From Cyanophora paradoxa CCMP329 (lineage: Eukaryota; Plantae; Glaucophyta): a stretch of DNA of 64,000 bases. The stretch is taken from positions 1 to 64,000 of the forward strand of contig QPMI01000477.1 of NCBI GenBank assembly GCA_004431415.1, given 5' to 3'. The notes under the pieces are model-generated. The model was given only the letters and a program-made list of their open reading frames with translations, searched no databases and was not told the DNA's origin. Position 1 is the stretch's first letter. Each line of letters starts with the position of its first letter. The translations under genes were made by a program, and so were the position numbers. Positions 1 through 11,328 of this stretch are shown here, piece after piece.

Positions 1-1164
1 AATGCAGAAACTTAAACCTGAAAGGACATAGCGATCAGCAACCTTATCCATGTTAGAGCATTTGAAGGCATCAGCAATTAGCTCAGCACCTTTGAGTAGG
101 GAAATTGGCTCAGTGGCATAAAGTCGCTGTCCATTAATTTCAACAGTGAAGTAATATCTTTGGAGTTGGCATAGGTCTTAAGAACACTGTGGGAGCCAGT
201 GGATTATCAACAGTTGCATTATCACGAACTGAAACAAGCAGAGCATAAACAAGACTGAGATTTGAGAGAGGTTAATTCGATTGAGTTGGGCATTGCCCTT
301 GCAGGGAAAGCACTAGCATCTACAAATCCAATATCAAGGGAGGGAATAGCATGCCAGTAGTCTTTACTTTTTCAATTACAGTAGCGAAAAGCTCATCAGA
401 AACATTAATAGCATGCATGTAAAGGCGAGGAGAAGTAATAGAAATGACAGGGTTGTTGCACCAAGAGTAAAGTCTGTGATGTTTTGACCAACATTGCCAG
501 AACAGTTTCAGCAGGGGCAGTTCAAGACCGTCATCTTTTGAATAATCTACATCAGCTGCTGCAACAGTAAGACCACGACCACATAGGAAGTTTCAACATA
601 ACCCTTTCCAGCATCCTTAAACCAAACAGTAACAACCATTTCACCAGATAAAGCACAAGGGGAAGGTAGTGATTTAGCCAAGGCACAGGAATTTCAACGA
701 AAAATGAGCACCAAGGCGGTTGGTTCCATGAGCAGGAATGCCATGAACCATGCATTGATCGCTTCTTTTAGCTAGTTGATCCTCCGAATAATAGACCAGG
801 GGGAAATGAGCAAGGAAATCAGATGGAATATGGTAGGTGTAGATCCATAGGTAATTTCAAGTCGCTGAACTAAGCACCAACTGGCGAGTGTATCCATTGC
901 GAACTAGGTCGTATCACCAGCAAAAGTGATGGCTGAAGGTCGAAAGCAAGTTCGAGTTTTCCACAGAAATTGTAGCGAGGTAGCTGAAGGAATGCGATTT
1001 CCAACATTATTCTCAAAGTATTGCTGGGATTCACAACAACTAGAACTGGCTTAGACTTGGATTCGAGACAAGCATAAGGGAGTTATCAGGAAAAAGGCTT
1101 TCGCCTCTCTGGGGTTGTTAGGGCTTCTTAGCGAAAGTCTTTGAAGAGTGGAAGTGATATCCAT
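1..1164 (-). CDS. PLV-type major capsid protein (double jelly-roll), multiple frameshifts, 3' end beyond window
   Basis: Manual translation across frameshifts gives MDITSTL..., ESKSKPVLVVVNPSN, LVQRLEITYGST, ISITSPRLYMHAINVSDELFATVIEKVKTTG and YYFTVEINGQRLYATEPI. This order resembles PLV MCPs. Adjacent to penton-like genes. Confidence 0.7.
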
Positions 1165-1217
1165 TATATTCTCTTTTATTATACTGCAACATAAAAAATC
1201 TACCAATGATCCTTAAT

Positions 1218-2211
1218 TTATGCGAAGCTTGTAATAACTGGATAGGAAGGGTGAAGCTGCGACATTCTCATCTTAAAGTATTCATAAACTGGGTCTCCTG
1301 CTGGCTCATCACCATAGCGAATTTCAAAGGTCAGATGAACAGGTTGACCCTCAAAATCAATTGGTTCATTTACAGCATTAACATATCAACCGAGAAAGTG
1401 GATAATCCAACTTTTGTTATAGTATTTATAAAGTGGATGAGCCTCTGTTGAATTGTAAACAACATGCTCACATAATCTTTGTCAGGAACCACTATTTTAT
1501 GAAAGTAACCAGTCAGAAGACCATCCCCACATTGAACCAGATCACCAGCTCCTTACTCTCACAAACAAAACAGTCCTGGTCTTCTCAGGCTCAAAGAAGA
1601 TATAATGCCATTCACTCGACCATCAGTAAAGATTCCATCAGTGAGAGCATCATAAACTTGGGATTTGATTGGGGAATTCCCATATCTTCCAGGATCAGAC
1701 CAAGCAGTCTAGCTGAACTCAATAGCTTTTGGATTGTTTGTTGGCTTGGTTTACAGCAAGTGAGAAAGCCAGGTAAAAAGGCACTGCCGAGTGGAATATA
1801 ATTCGTTTCAGTGACTCATCCCATTTGCAGCGAATGGATGGTTGGGGAGTTCTGCCAATGAATTTTGAGTTGATTACATTCACCAGCTGTTGGTGCTTTG
1901 GATGGGGTCTCGCGATTTACCATGAATTGTTTCCATTGTTCAAAATCAGCAGCTGGGCGAGTTGTTGGAATTCCTGAGCTTCAGCTCCTGGAGTTTGTTC
2001 CGAATAATAAATACTAAATGTGTTATCAACTGTGACATCTCCTGCTTTGGTTTCACCACTCACCATAGGGATGCTGTTATAAAATTCGGCTGAGACAGTC
2101 TCACAGCCTCACATTCTCATAACTACTGGGGAGTCGAGCCACAAAGCTTGATGTGGGACCATCACCAGAGATTGTATTAAATGAGCTAACCTCGATGTAA
2201 TCCACAGGCAT
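1218..2211 (-). CDS. Minor capsid (penton-like, single jelly-roll) protein 1, frameshifted
   Basis: N-term MPVDYIEVSSFNTISGDGPTSSFVARLPSSYENVR..VSAEFYNSIP and C-term EPIDFEGQPVHLTFEIRY match the PLV/virophage mCP terminal patterns (IDSxxR...F.v.L..y.nV...saeipNs; idfnG...s.tlei). Confidence 0.7.
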
Positions 2212-2239
2212 TCTTCTTTATCTATATTTATATATTAAA

Positions 2240-3162
2240 ATGAACCGGCTCGTTAATATTGATAGCAGGGATAGAAGCCAAGGACAAAATGAAACTCTTA
2301 CAGGGTCACCCTCACAACTCCAGTAGAGAGACCAGGGAATGCAGGGTTCTATATGCAGAGATTCCAAACAGCATCTATAACAGTTGGGAACTGATCATCT
2401 AACAGTTCAGTTTAATTACCAAGATGGTTCATATAACCAAGTGATCACACAACAAGTGTATCCCTTCCAGTGGCTACATCAATCAGGGTCATTTTGGGGT
2501 AACACACCCTTATAATTATGGGCTGAACTATTCAAGCTTCCAAACCATTGCAGGCAAAACAGTAGCTTTTGAGTTCAAGATATTCTATAACCCAACTACC
2601 TATAAAGTGGAGTTTTACAGTAACCATGAGTTTCGTTTTATTGCAAGCAACCAGAGAATAGGGAAGCTTTTGGGTGTGAGTTCTACTGAATACACCAATG
2701 GGTATTATAGCACTCCTCCTGTTGGTGGATCACCCTATCGACCTGAGAACCTGTTAAAGTATGATGGCAAACTATTACACCTGATCACCAGCATGGGGAA
2801 CCACCTTTCAGGACCCAGACTCTCATCTAAGCCCTTGCAATATTATTTTGACAGCAGAAAGATGTCTGATATGAATGCTGAGCAGTATCTATACATGCAC
2901 ATTAAAGAGCTTGCCCCTTTGCCAGCAGACACAATATAATTCCGAAATCGCACCACATAACCAGGGGGCAATCCTTAGATTGCAATTGAGTAAGGATATA
3001 GGTGGCTATGTTTACCATAGTGGTGAACATGCAGAATTCATTCAGATAAATGACAGAAACCTGGTGATAAGGGAACTCACAGTTGAGTTTAAAGATTACT
3101 TTGGTGAACTGATTGATATGAATGGAATCGATAATTCTTTTCAGTTGGAGTTTATCGAATAA
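2240..3162 (+). CDS. Minor capsid (penton-like) protein 2, frameshifted
   Basis: N-term MNRLVNIDSRDRSQG..SYRVTLTTPVE..YAEIPNSIYN and C-term IRELTVEFKDYFGELIDMNGIDNSFQLEFIE; classic mCP motifs. Confidence 0.8.
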
Positions 3163-4700
3163 AGGCACCTGTAAAGTCAACTCTCATTGTGGGAGCATTC
3201 ACATACACAAGGGATAAATGCGAATATATTTAATTCTGAGAGAAAAACCTATGTAAAAAGCATCCTTGATGCTGAGAGGAAATCACTCAATAGAGCCACA
3301 TCACCTGAGTTGTGAGCATTGTTAATGTTCTCACAGACATATATTTTGTTTTGCCCATCTGATCGAATAAAAGACCAGTTGATCCCATCAGTGGATGTTG
3401 CCACATTGAAAGTCTTAATAAAAGCATTGGTGTCCCTGATCCATAGGCAATCACAGAAGAGAGTTCAAAAGTATATGGAAAAGCAACTTGAAGGTATTCA
3501 GTGGGGGTTTCCCATATCTGCTCAGGAGCATAGGCTCCAGCTTCCCAGCCAAATGCTGAAGGTCTAGCCATGAAAGGCTCTTTACCAGTCACAGAGGATG
3601 AGGCAGTGAAGGCATCATCTGCAAGCTGATACCAATTAGCATCCAAAGGTGGTGATGTAGTGAGAGTGGATGAGATGTAAGCCTTTGTAGGGTTCTTTAA
3701 TTCATAGTTTGCTACTAGAATGCTGCAAAGCTTATTAATCATATCATTGTTTGCTGCTATGTATGTTTCTGTAAAAGAAAGCATATCTGGGATTTTAGAA
3801 GTGTCATCCAGGGAGCTTACTATGTGATTCGGAAGAGGTACTGATAACCTATAGTATCTCCCATAATCCTGATCATAGTTGTAGGGTAACAACTCCTCCA
3901 TCTTATCAAGGGCAGAAAGCTCACTTGCAGCCATGAGCATGTTAATCAATGGGCTTCCATCTGTTGAGGCAATCCATGAGAGAATGCCCAGCTGTTGACA
4001 GTCTCATAAGCATAACCCACATAATCAGACTCTAAATGTGGGTCCACCTCTCCACAAGAGATACTTATTACTATAATGTCATCATCATCACTGTAAATCT
4101 TCTTTGCATGGCTGTAACCACACACACTGGATTATTGTTTCCCGAAATGGCACCATCAATGAGACAGACATATACTCCCGATTGAAATCAACAATGCTTA
4201 CAGGTGAAAAGTATGTAGGAGCAGCAGAAGTAGCCCTAGCAGCAATCTTACAGGGCATAAAGTTGTAATTGTTATCATTTGTGATAAATATTGGTTTCAT
4301 ATTCTGAGTATCAAAAGATGTAATCACAATGTCCTTTAGGGAATCCTGTATTAGTGATTCCCAGTAACTGAATTGATTGCAGTCTCCAAGGGTCCCACAT
4401 CATACTTTGTGTTAAATAGGGCATTTTCAATGATATTTCGAGGATTTGCGAAAATCAAAGGCAGTTGAGTTAGGTAAATATTGTGTAAATCGTTTGCTGT
4501 CAGTTTAGGTTCACCTGGTCTATCAGGATGCCTTATATTCAAACCTATTGCAATGATCCCACCAGTGGAAGTTCCACTCACAAGATCCACAAGATCGATT
4601 ATTCTCCTGCCAGTTCGATTTTCGATTTCTTTTAGCAGCCTGGTTATGATAATGCCCCTTGCACCCCGCCAGAAAGACTTAAAACGACCTTGAGAGGCAT
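3152..4700 (-). CDS. Patatin-like phospholipase fused to a C-terminal F5/8 type C (discoidin) domain, frameshifted
   Basis: MPLKVVLSLSGG(G)ARG, GTSTGG (catalytic Ser), ARATSAAPTYF, IDGA. The C-term has AFTASSS..EYLQVAF..IKTFNVATSTDGINW..MRVDFTG, a discoidin pattern. Confidence 0.8.
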
Positions 4701-4742
4701 CTTTTACTTATCAGGAATTTATAAATCCATATAGTAAAAGCC

Positions 4743-6411
4743 ATGAGCTTCAATTACCCACCAAATCTAGAAACCATTCAAGATGATAATGCAAGCAGCA
4801 CCAGCATGTGAACTTTGATAATATTAAAGTAAAGGGTTCAGTTTCAATTGACCACAGCTCTGATAATTCATCAAAGACTCAATCAAGGGAGCATGCTTTA
4901 TCTGTGAATCAAACCGATCCAGATAAAGAGGATGTCAGTGTAGCCTTTAGTTTGGGTAATGTGAAAGCAACCAAGTGGCAGAGATCAAAGCAACAAGAAG
5001 GAGACCTAGGAAACTAAAAACCAGTGGCACTCACCCAGATATACCTTCCAGGTTCGATAGTGGTCGATTGATTTTCAATGTTCAAGATGAGCAGGGCAAA
5101 CAGAACACAGCTTTGCGAATTTACAATGAGGGCAGCACTGCAAAAGCTGAGTCCCCCAAGTATTGCAAGTGGGTCCCATTGCCAACACAAATCAGGTCTC
5201 CTACACAAATGATGTATACCCAAGGATATTACATATGACTTTGCGAGGAATGAGCCTTTTGGGTTTTTTACTCCAAAAGATGTCCATCAAAAAAGCCATC
5301 AATTACAATCAACAGTAGCCCCAGTCAACCAGTAGCAATCCATTTACATCCTGATTTAGTCGAAATGGATAGGCACCTTTGCCTTTGTATAGCAATGTGA
5401 AAGACCTTGGAATTAGAACCAGGCAATGGCGAAATATCCATGGCAGCAATGTGTATGCAAATGGGAGAAACTTGTGAGTGAGAAACTCTAAGGGAAATAA
5501 TTGAGCATTATGGTCCCAATGGACCAACAGTTCCATTCCCTATTCCATTTCCAAATGGACCTCCCGATTTAACACCAAAGAAACAGCCTGGAAGAGAATA
5601 CACAGCAACTGAAGATGTAGCCTTTGGGCAGCATATTGTTAGTTGGGAGCAAGTTCGCAATAAACCTATAATTGAACCCAGAAAGCAAATAGATGAGCAG
5701 TATTTACCTCCTGAAGTCGATATATTAGAGCTTGATGAATATCAATTCGTTCCAGATGAGGAAGAGTATTTACCAGATGGTTTCGACCCACAAGAATATG
5801 AGTATGATCAGTTTGACCCCAATGAGGAGGAGATACTCCCAGATGGTTTTGACCACAAGAATATGAGTATGAACAGAACTATGAACCTGATGAGGAGTAT
5901 TTACCAGATGGTCATGATCCACCAGCTGTTGACTATGAGCAACCTTATGAACCCCATGAGGAATTGTTACCAGATGGATTTCGACCTGAGATCTGGGAGT
6001 TCTTCCCTGATTATGAACAAATTAATAATAAACCTGCAAAGTATCCCCAGAGGATCACAATCATGATTGGGATGAGATCTTAGGCAAACCTCAAAAGTAT
6101 CCACCAGAGGATCACAGGCATGATTGGGGAGAAATTGATGGATACCTACTGAGTTCCCACCAAGCAAACATGAACATACTTGGATGAGATCAATGACCAA
6201 CCAGAATTCGCAAAGGTAGAGCCTCTTGATAACTTGGGGTTTCTCTTTATCAGACTTGTAATGTCCCAGAAAGAATCTTTTTGAATGAACACTATGTACA
6301 TGTGAATGGGACACTTGCAAATTCAGCTATGAGAGGACCACTTCATATTAGGACATTACCAGGCTCTTTTGAAACCCACCACCACCAGGAGCAACCATAC
6401 CAAATATCTTT
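4743..6411 (+). CDS. N-terminal part of a large structural/fibre protein with acidic repeats (heavily frameshifted; probably continuous with 6412-8004)
   Basis: ATG at 4743 after an AT-rich leader. Overlapping ORF fragments 4808-5017 and 4975-5238. Acidic LPDG(F/H)DP-type repeats at about 5690-6200. Confidence 0.45.
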
Positions 6412-8004
6412 GTGTCAAGCTACATGGAGGCTGACATTCCCACAGATACATTCAGAGTCCCAACAGACCCAGCAACCTACCAAAATTACAACTCTGCTAT
6501 ACAGGTTCATGTAGCAGATGTAAGCAGCTTAGATGGCTCAAGACCAATGATAGTTTTCAGTCGAGATAAGTATTCCTACATTCCCATAGTGGGAACTGCA
6601 AATGATAATTATGGAAGGGCAGAGCTTGCATGGATTAAAACAGATTATGGTGGGGTTCTGGAAGCCAATCAAAGAATGGCTGCAAAAAACATACACAATG
6701 AGAGCATTTCGAGAGTAGTCACAGAGGATTACCTTCAAGCCCAAAACTACATAGATGAAACAGAGCTGAATGTAATCATTGCAGGTATAGGTGTAACAGG
6801 CAATTACCTCCCTCTCACAGGTGGAATAATTGATGGAACAGTAACAGCATGTAACTTCTTTGTCCATACTGAAAGCAATCAAACCTTTCCTGTGGTTCAT
6901 CCAGGAGGTGAGTATGAGATACCTGATGATCCAGCTATTATGCCCATTAAAATCGATCTCCCTTCTGATTATGTTGGAAGGGGTGAACTGAAAACGATCT
7001 CTTTCACAGGAGATTATAATGATCTCCTCAATAAACCCACCCCATCCAATTTACACCCTGTTGCATACTCAGGTAGTTTCCTTGATCTGAATAATAGATC
7101 ACACACCCACACAAAGGCAGAAATTATAGATTTTGCACACACTCACACCAAATCCCAGATAACAGATTTTGCTCACTTCCACACCAGAGCAGATATTACG
7201 AATTTCGCTCACACTCATGTTAAATCTGAGATCTTAGATCTCGGAAATGTTGCATATGTTGGTCACACCCATACCAAGGCAGAGATTACAGATCTTGGAA
7301 ATGTTGCATATGTAGGTCACACCCACACTAAGGCAGAGATTACAGATTTTGCACATACTCATGATTGGAATACAGATATTTATAACAAACCAGCGATTTT
7401 CTCGGGCAACTACAATGATCTGACAAATAAACCCACCCTTGATCCCTTTACAGCAAATAATATCACTGCAAATGCAAACCTTCTCATTGGATCAGGTTAC
7501 TTTCTCGATTATGACCCATATATTATGCCTGATCCTCCTGTTATTTGGAATTTCCACAATTCAACCCTTTCTACTAACTCTATATCTTACTATCAGGATA
7601 AAACCCTACTTGTTCGTGGAAATGCATATGCAAGAGAAATGTGGGTCATGGATCCTCGGGACAATTCAAAGGTTACTAAGCTGGCTCCTCAATACATGCT
7701 TGATAACCTGATTAGAAAAGGGAGACATGAAATGACAATTGCAAATCCTCAAATTGGGGGCAGTTCAGCAAGGCAAAACCATACCATTACATTAAATTGG
7801 AGTCCTGCCTTTGCATCTGCTCCATCTGTTGTTGTAACATTGCAGGGACTACCTGCAACAAATGTGGAAATCGATTATAAAATAGGAATATCAAGCAACT
7901 CAACAACCTCTACCACAATCAATCTTGTTATTTGGGCAGCAGGATGGGTAACCATTCAACCACAGTGGCTTCAAATTGCAATTCATTGGATAGCAACAGC
8001 ATAA
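6412..8004 (+). CDS. Phage-tail-like fibre with HTHTKAEITD repeats and C-terminal H-type-lectin/gp53-like tip
   Basis: Repeated H(T/F)H..xxITD(F/L) units and (S/T)GxYNDLxNKP repeats. C-term TITLNWSPAFASAPSVVVTL...IHWIATA. Confidence 0.75.
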   Translation: MSSYMEADIPTDTFRVPTDPATYQNYNSAIQVHVADVSSLDGSRPMIVFSRDKYSYIPIVGTANDNYGRAELAWIKTDYGGVLEANQRMAAKNIHNESISRVVTEDYLQAQNYIDETELNVIIAGIGVTGNYLPLTGGIIDGTVTACNFFVHTESNQTFPVVHPGGEYEIPDDPAIMPIKIDLPSDYVGRGELKTISFTGDYNDLLNKPTPSNLHPVAYSGSFLDLNNRSHTHTKAEIIDFAHTHTKSQITDFAHFHTRADITNFAHTHVKSEILDLGNVAYVGHTHTKAEITDLGNVAYVGHTHTKAEITDFAHTHDWNTDIYNKPAIFSGNYNDLTNKPTLDPFTANNITANANLLIGSGYFLDYDPYIMPDPPVIWNFHNSTLSTNSISYYQDKTLLVRGNAYAREMWVMDPRDNSKVTKLAPQYMLDNLIRKGRHEMTIANPQIGGSSARQNHTITLNWSPAFASAPSVVVTLQGLPATNVEIDYKIGISSNSTTSTTINLVIWAAGWVTIQPQWLQIAIHWIATA

Positions 8005-8029
8005 TTAAGATTCTCACACTATTACAAAG

Positions 8030-9095
8030 ATGACCTCTCTATTAGAAATCCCAAATTATGAACTTGCAGCCAAATCACTCCATAGCACCTCTCATGGAGT
8101 AGTTGATTCAACACCTGGGTATATTTGCACTGAAACTTCAAGTAATACCTCTTTCACAGAGAATAATATACTCAGAGTCAAAGAGATTAGATGTGATCGA
8201 AATGGAGGCAAGATTAGAACCACAGGCATTATAATCTCGAATAAAAATCAAGTCCAATCAGGTCAGGTAGTCCCGGATTCAGCAATATATGATAATGTGG
8301 GTGGAGTCACCACAGCACAGATAGTGACTTTTGGGAACACAAGCAATAATTCCGCTCTTGTAGTCAAGAGTGGAGGAGCCTACATTGGAGATGGAGCAAA
8401 TGTAGCAGGAACTGTCACAGCAAATCAACTATCTGTGAGTGGGACAAGTAGTTTTGGTGGGTATATGAATCTCAATGGTGGGCTTTCAGGAATATTCAGT
8501 ATGGAACACTCACGCTTTCCACAAGAATAAACACACCTGAGATTGACAACATGAGTGACACAGTCATGAATTACAAGAGGAATGGGGACACCATCTTTCT
8601 CTTCAAAAAACAACTCAAATAGATAACACAACTGTTCAACATCTGACACTTCCGACAAGCAAATATCTCAAATTAAGTAGCCATCCTCGTTTCTTTGCAA
8701 CAAAACAGCAACCAAATGGGTCAATAACTGCAACAATTTCCTCAATAAATATATATCCAACAACAGGAGTCATAGTGAACCAAGGAAATCATTTCGATCC
8801 TGCGACAGGGCTTTTTACTGCCCCTGTTACAGGAAACTATCTTGTCACATTTAGTGGATCCTGTTATTGGACTGGAAGAACAACTAATATTGTTACATTT
8901 TTACAGAAAAACGGAAGCTCATCTGGAATTGAAGTTAATACTAATTATGCATCTGCATATGCAAACAATGGGTTCGAAATTATTGTAGACCTTCAAGCCA
9001 ATGATTCCATCAGAATATCATATAATAGCAGTGGTGGAGGTTCTATATATTATAATATCAGATGGTTCTTTGGATGTATGCTTGTCCATTCATAA
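8030..9095 (+). CDS. Fibre paralogue A: shared N-terminal anchor plus C1q/TNF-like head (frameshifted about 8500-8700)
   Basis: RVKEIRCDRNGGKIRTT...SGGAYIGDG anchor. C-term NQGNHFDPATGLFTAPVTGNYLVTFS...VDLQANDSI..FFGCMLV is a C1q signature. Confidence 0.78.
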
Positions 9096-9117
9096 TATTG
9101 TCTACATAATATAAAGA

Positions 9118-10136
9118 ATGTCTACACAAATAGCAGTTCCTGTTTTCTGTTATGCTGCCCGAAATTACATCAACTCAATCACACAGTAACAGATGCAACC
9201 CCTGGGTTTATTTGCACTGAAACAACAGGAGCCGATTCGTTTTCTCAAAACTCTGTGATCAGATGCAAAGAAATTCGATGTGATCGCAATGGGGGCAAGG
9301 TGAGAACCACAGGTTTAATAGTTTCAAACAAGAACCAAGTTCAATCAGGTCAGATAGTCTCAGATTCCACAATATATGATGATGTAGGAGGGTTCACCAC
9401 ACCCAAAATAGTAACATTTAACAATACAATCAATAACTCTGCTCTTGTTGTGAGAAGTGGAGGAGCTTACATTGGAGATGGGGCAAGGGTTGATGGAACC
9501 CTAACAGCAAATCAGGTAAGTATTACAGGAACAAGCACCTTTACAGGATTGGTAACAGCAAATGCTGGTATTTCACTACCAATTGCCTCACAATCCATAA
9601 TCACAGCAACAAACAAGGTTGTCACACCAGAAATCGATACAGGAGCCAATGTAGACCTTCTTCTCAAACGAAATAGTAACACTGTCGCTACTCTGGAAGC
9701 GAATAGTTTGACAGTTAATACAGGGTGTTATCTCAAAACATCACATCCACGATTTTCAGTTCAACTTGGCTACAATCACACTGCTACAACTTCTGCTGAT
9801 CTAATAAACTGGGCAACAGTTCGAGTAAACAATACCAATTCATTCAGCACATCAACTGGAAGGTTCACAGCACCTGTTGCAGGACACTATCGTTTTTCAG
9901 TATTCACTTCTTCAACCACAACTTCTGCTATTGAATTGTTTCTCAGGGTAAACAATGCAGATCCAGGGGGATTGAGCATTTCCCAAGTTCACAATCTGTC
10001 AACAACAAATAAAGCGCTGTGTTTCTCTTGCATTCTCAATCTTGCCCAAAACGAATTTGTTACACTTGTTACAAATTCAGTCGGTTCATATGCAAGTCAA
10101 ACAGCCTTCTCAGGTGAATTAATAAGCATCGTTTAA
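9118..10136 (+). CDS. Fibre paralogue B: shared anchor plus C1q head (one frameshift near 9160)
   Basis: RCKEIRCDRNGGKVRTT...SGGAYIGDG; NNTNSFSTSTGRFTAPVAGHYRFS...LNLAQNEFV...FSGELI. Confidence 0.82.
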
Positions 10137-10158
10137 TTTTCTTATGGTAGTTTAGGAA

Positions 10159-10424
10159 ATGTCGAATATTTACCAAGTGGTTCTATCTGATATTGAGAAG
10201 TTGGAATGGAATTTTGTGCTGCTTCTGTTCAGGATTGGATCGATAATGCTGCCCATAACAGAGCAAGAATTGCAATTGATGAGATTGTTCAGAAAGAAAT
10301 CCATTCTTGCATCTCAGGTGGAGTTCAAATACCAACCTCAAAGGAAGCGATTGTATTACAGGCATTCCAAAGGGGAACTGTGAAGAAAGCAATTGAGTAT
10401 AACAATGTCACAGAAGAGCTGTGA
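10159..10424 (+). CDS. Small (~88 aa) protein resembling those found downstream of C1q tail fibres in aquatic phages (one frameshift near 10204)
   Basis: MSNIYQVVLSDIEKL(G)MEFCAASVQDWIDNAAHNRARIAIDEIV...QIPTSKEAIVLQAFQRGTVK; recalled family pattern QDWxDNAxxNRARIAxDEI. Confidence 0.6.
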
Positions 10425-10459
10425 ACATTATTTTTCTTTCCTTCTTAGTAAAAGAAGCA

Positions 10460-11305
10460 ATGGGTGAATATAATCGAGTTCAACTGCCTATATATTCCCT
10501 TGGATCCCCAGCAATGCACTTTCGCCAGCATGAAGTTAATGATGAGGTTCGTGGTTTAGAATCCACAGAGAGACCCAATTCCAATGGTAACTCCTTTGAT
10601 AAGAATTCGATTATTCGAGTTAAAGAACTGAGAGCAGACAAGAATTCAGGTGTGGTTAAAACAACAAGACTTCTTGTCACAAATGCTAACTTCTTCCAAC
10701 CGACAAATGGAGGTCCTGATGCTTACAGTGTTGATCTGAAAGCCCTCGATTTCGATAAGAATTCTGCTGCTGTAACTGTGAGATCAGGTGGAGCATTTAT
10801 TGGTGGTGGTTGCAGAGTTTCAGGTCAGCTTTCATCCTCAATTTCGTATAATGATGTCCCAGATACTCTTGAACAGAATGTTGAAGACCCCCAACGAATT
10901 CGATTATATATACCAGTTGCACAACAGCCACTTATTCAATTTTACCAAGGTTATACTGTCACACTTGAAAACTCTGAATTGATTGAAGGAACCAAAAGAG
11001 TAATGAGAGGGCTGGTCATTCCTTCTGCAATGCTTTCTTTATGTAGAGCCAACAATAACCAGCCAGGTCACAGATACAATTTCAGTGTTCAAGGATATGA
11101 TCATTTCGGCACAGGGTTCTGTGTTTATAATAACAATTTCACCTATGATCTGTTTGTTACAGATATTGGAAAATATACAATTACAGTTATGGGTATCAGA
11201 ACAGATATAGCTGCTGTCTCAGCTCTAAGAGGTGTTACTCCTGATACTCTTTCTCAAACAGGGTTTTACCAGGAACCAGATGTGATTGATGACCCCACCC
11301 CATAA
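10460..11305 (+). CDS. Fibre paralogue C: shared anchor plus non-C1q beta-rich C-terminal domain
   Basis: RVKELRADKNSGVVKTT...SGGAFIGGG; C-term YDHFG...GKYTITVMGIRTD. Confidence 0.75.
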   Translation: MGEYNRVQLPIYSLGSPAMHFRQHEVNDEVRGLESTERPNSNGNSFDKNSIIRVKELRADKNSGVVKTTRLLVTNANFFQPTNGGPDAYSVDLKALDFDKNSAAVTVRSGGAFIGGGCRVSGQLSSSISYNDVPDTLEQNVEDPQRIRLYIPVAQQPLIQFYQGYTVTLENSELIEGTKRVMRGLVIPSAMLSLCRANNNQPGHRYNFSVQGYDHFGTGFCVYNNNFTYDLFVTDIGKYTITVMGIRTDIAAVSALRGVTPDTLSQTGFYQEPDVIDDPTP

Positions 11306-11328
11306 ATTATATATCACTTTAATGTAAA

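Noticed and set aside
552-3567. Short track ORFs such as 1206-1451, 1433-1801, 2902-3180 and 3319-3567 as separate genes
   Set aside because: They are antisense or off-frame to the frameshifted capsid and patatin genes.
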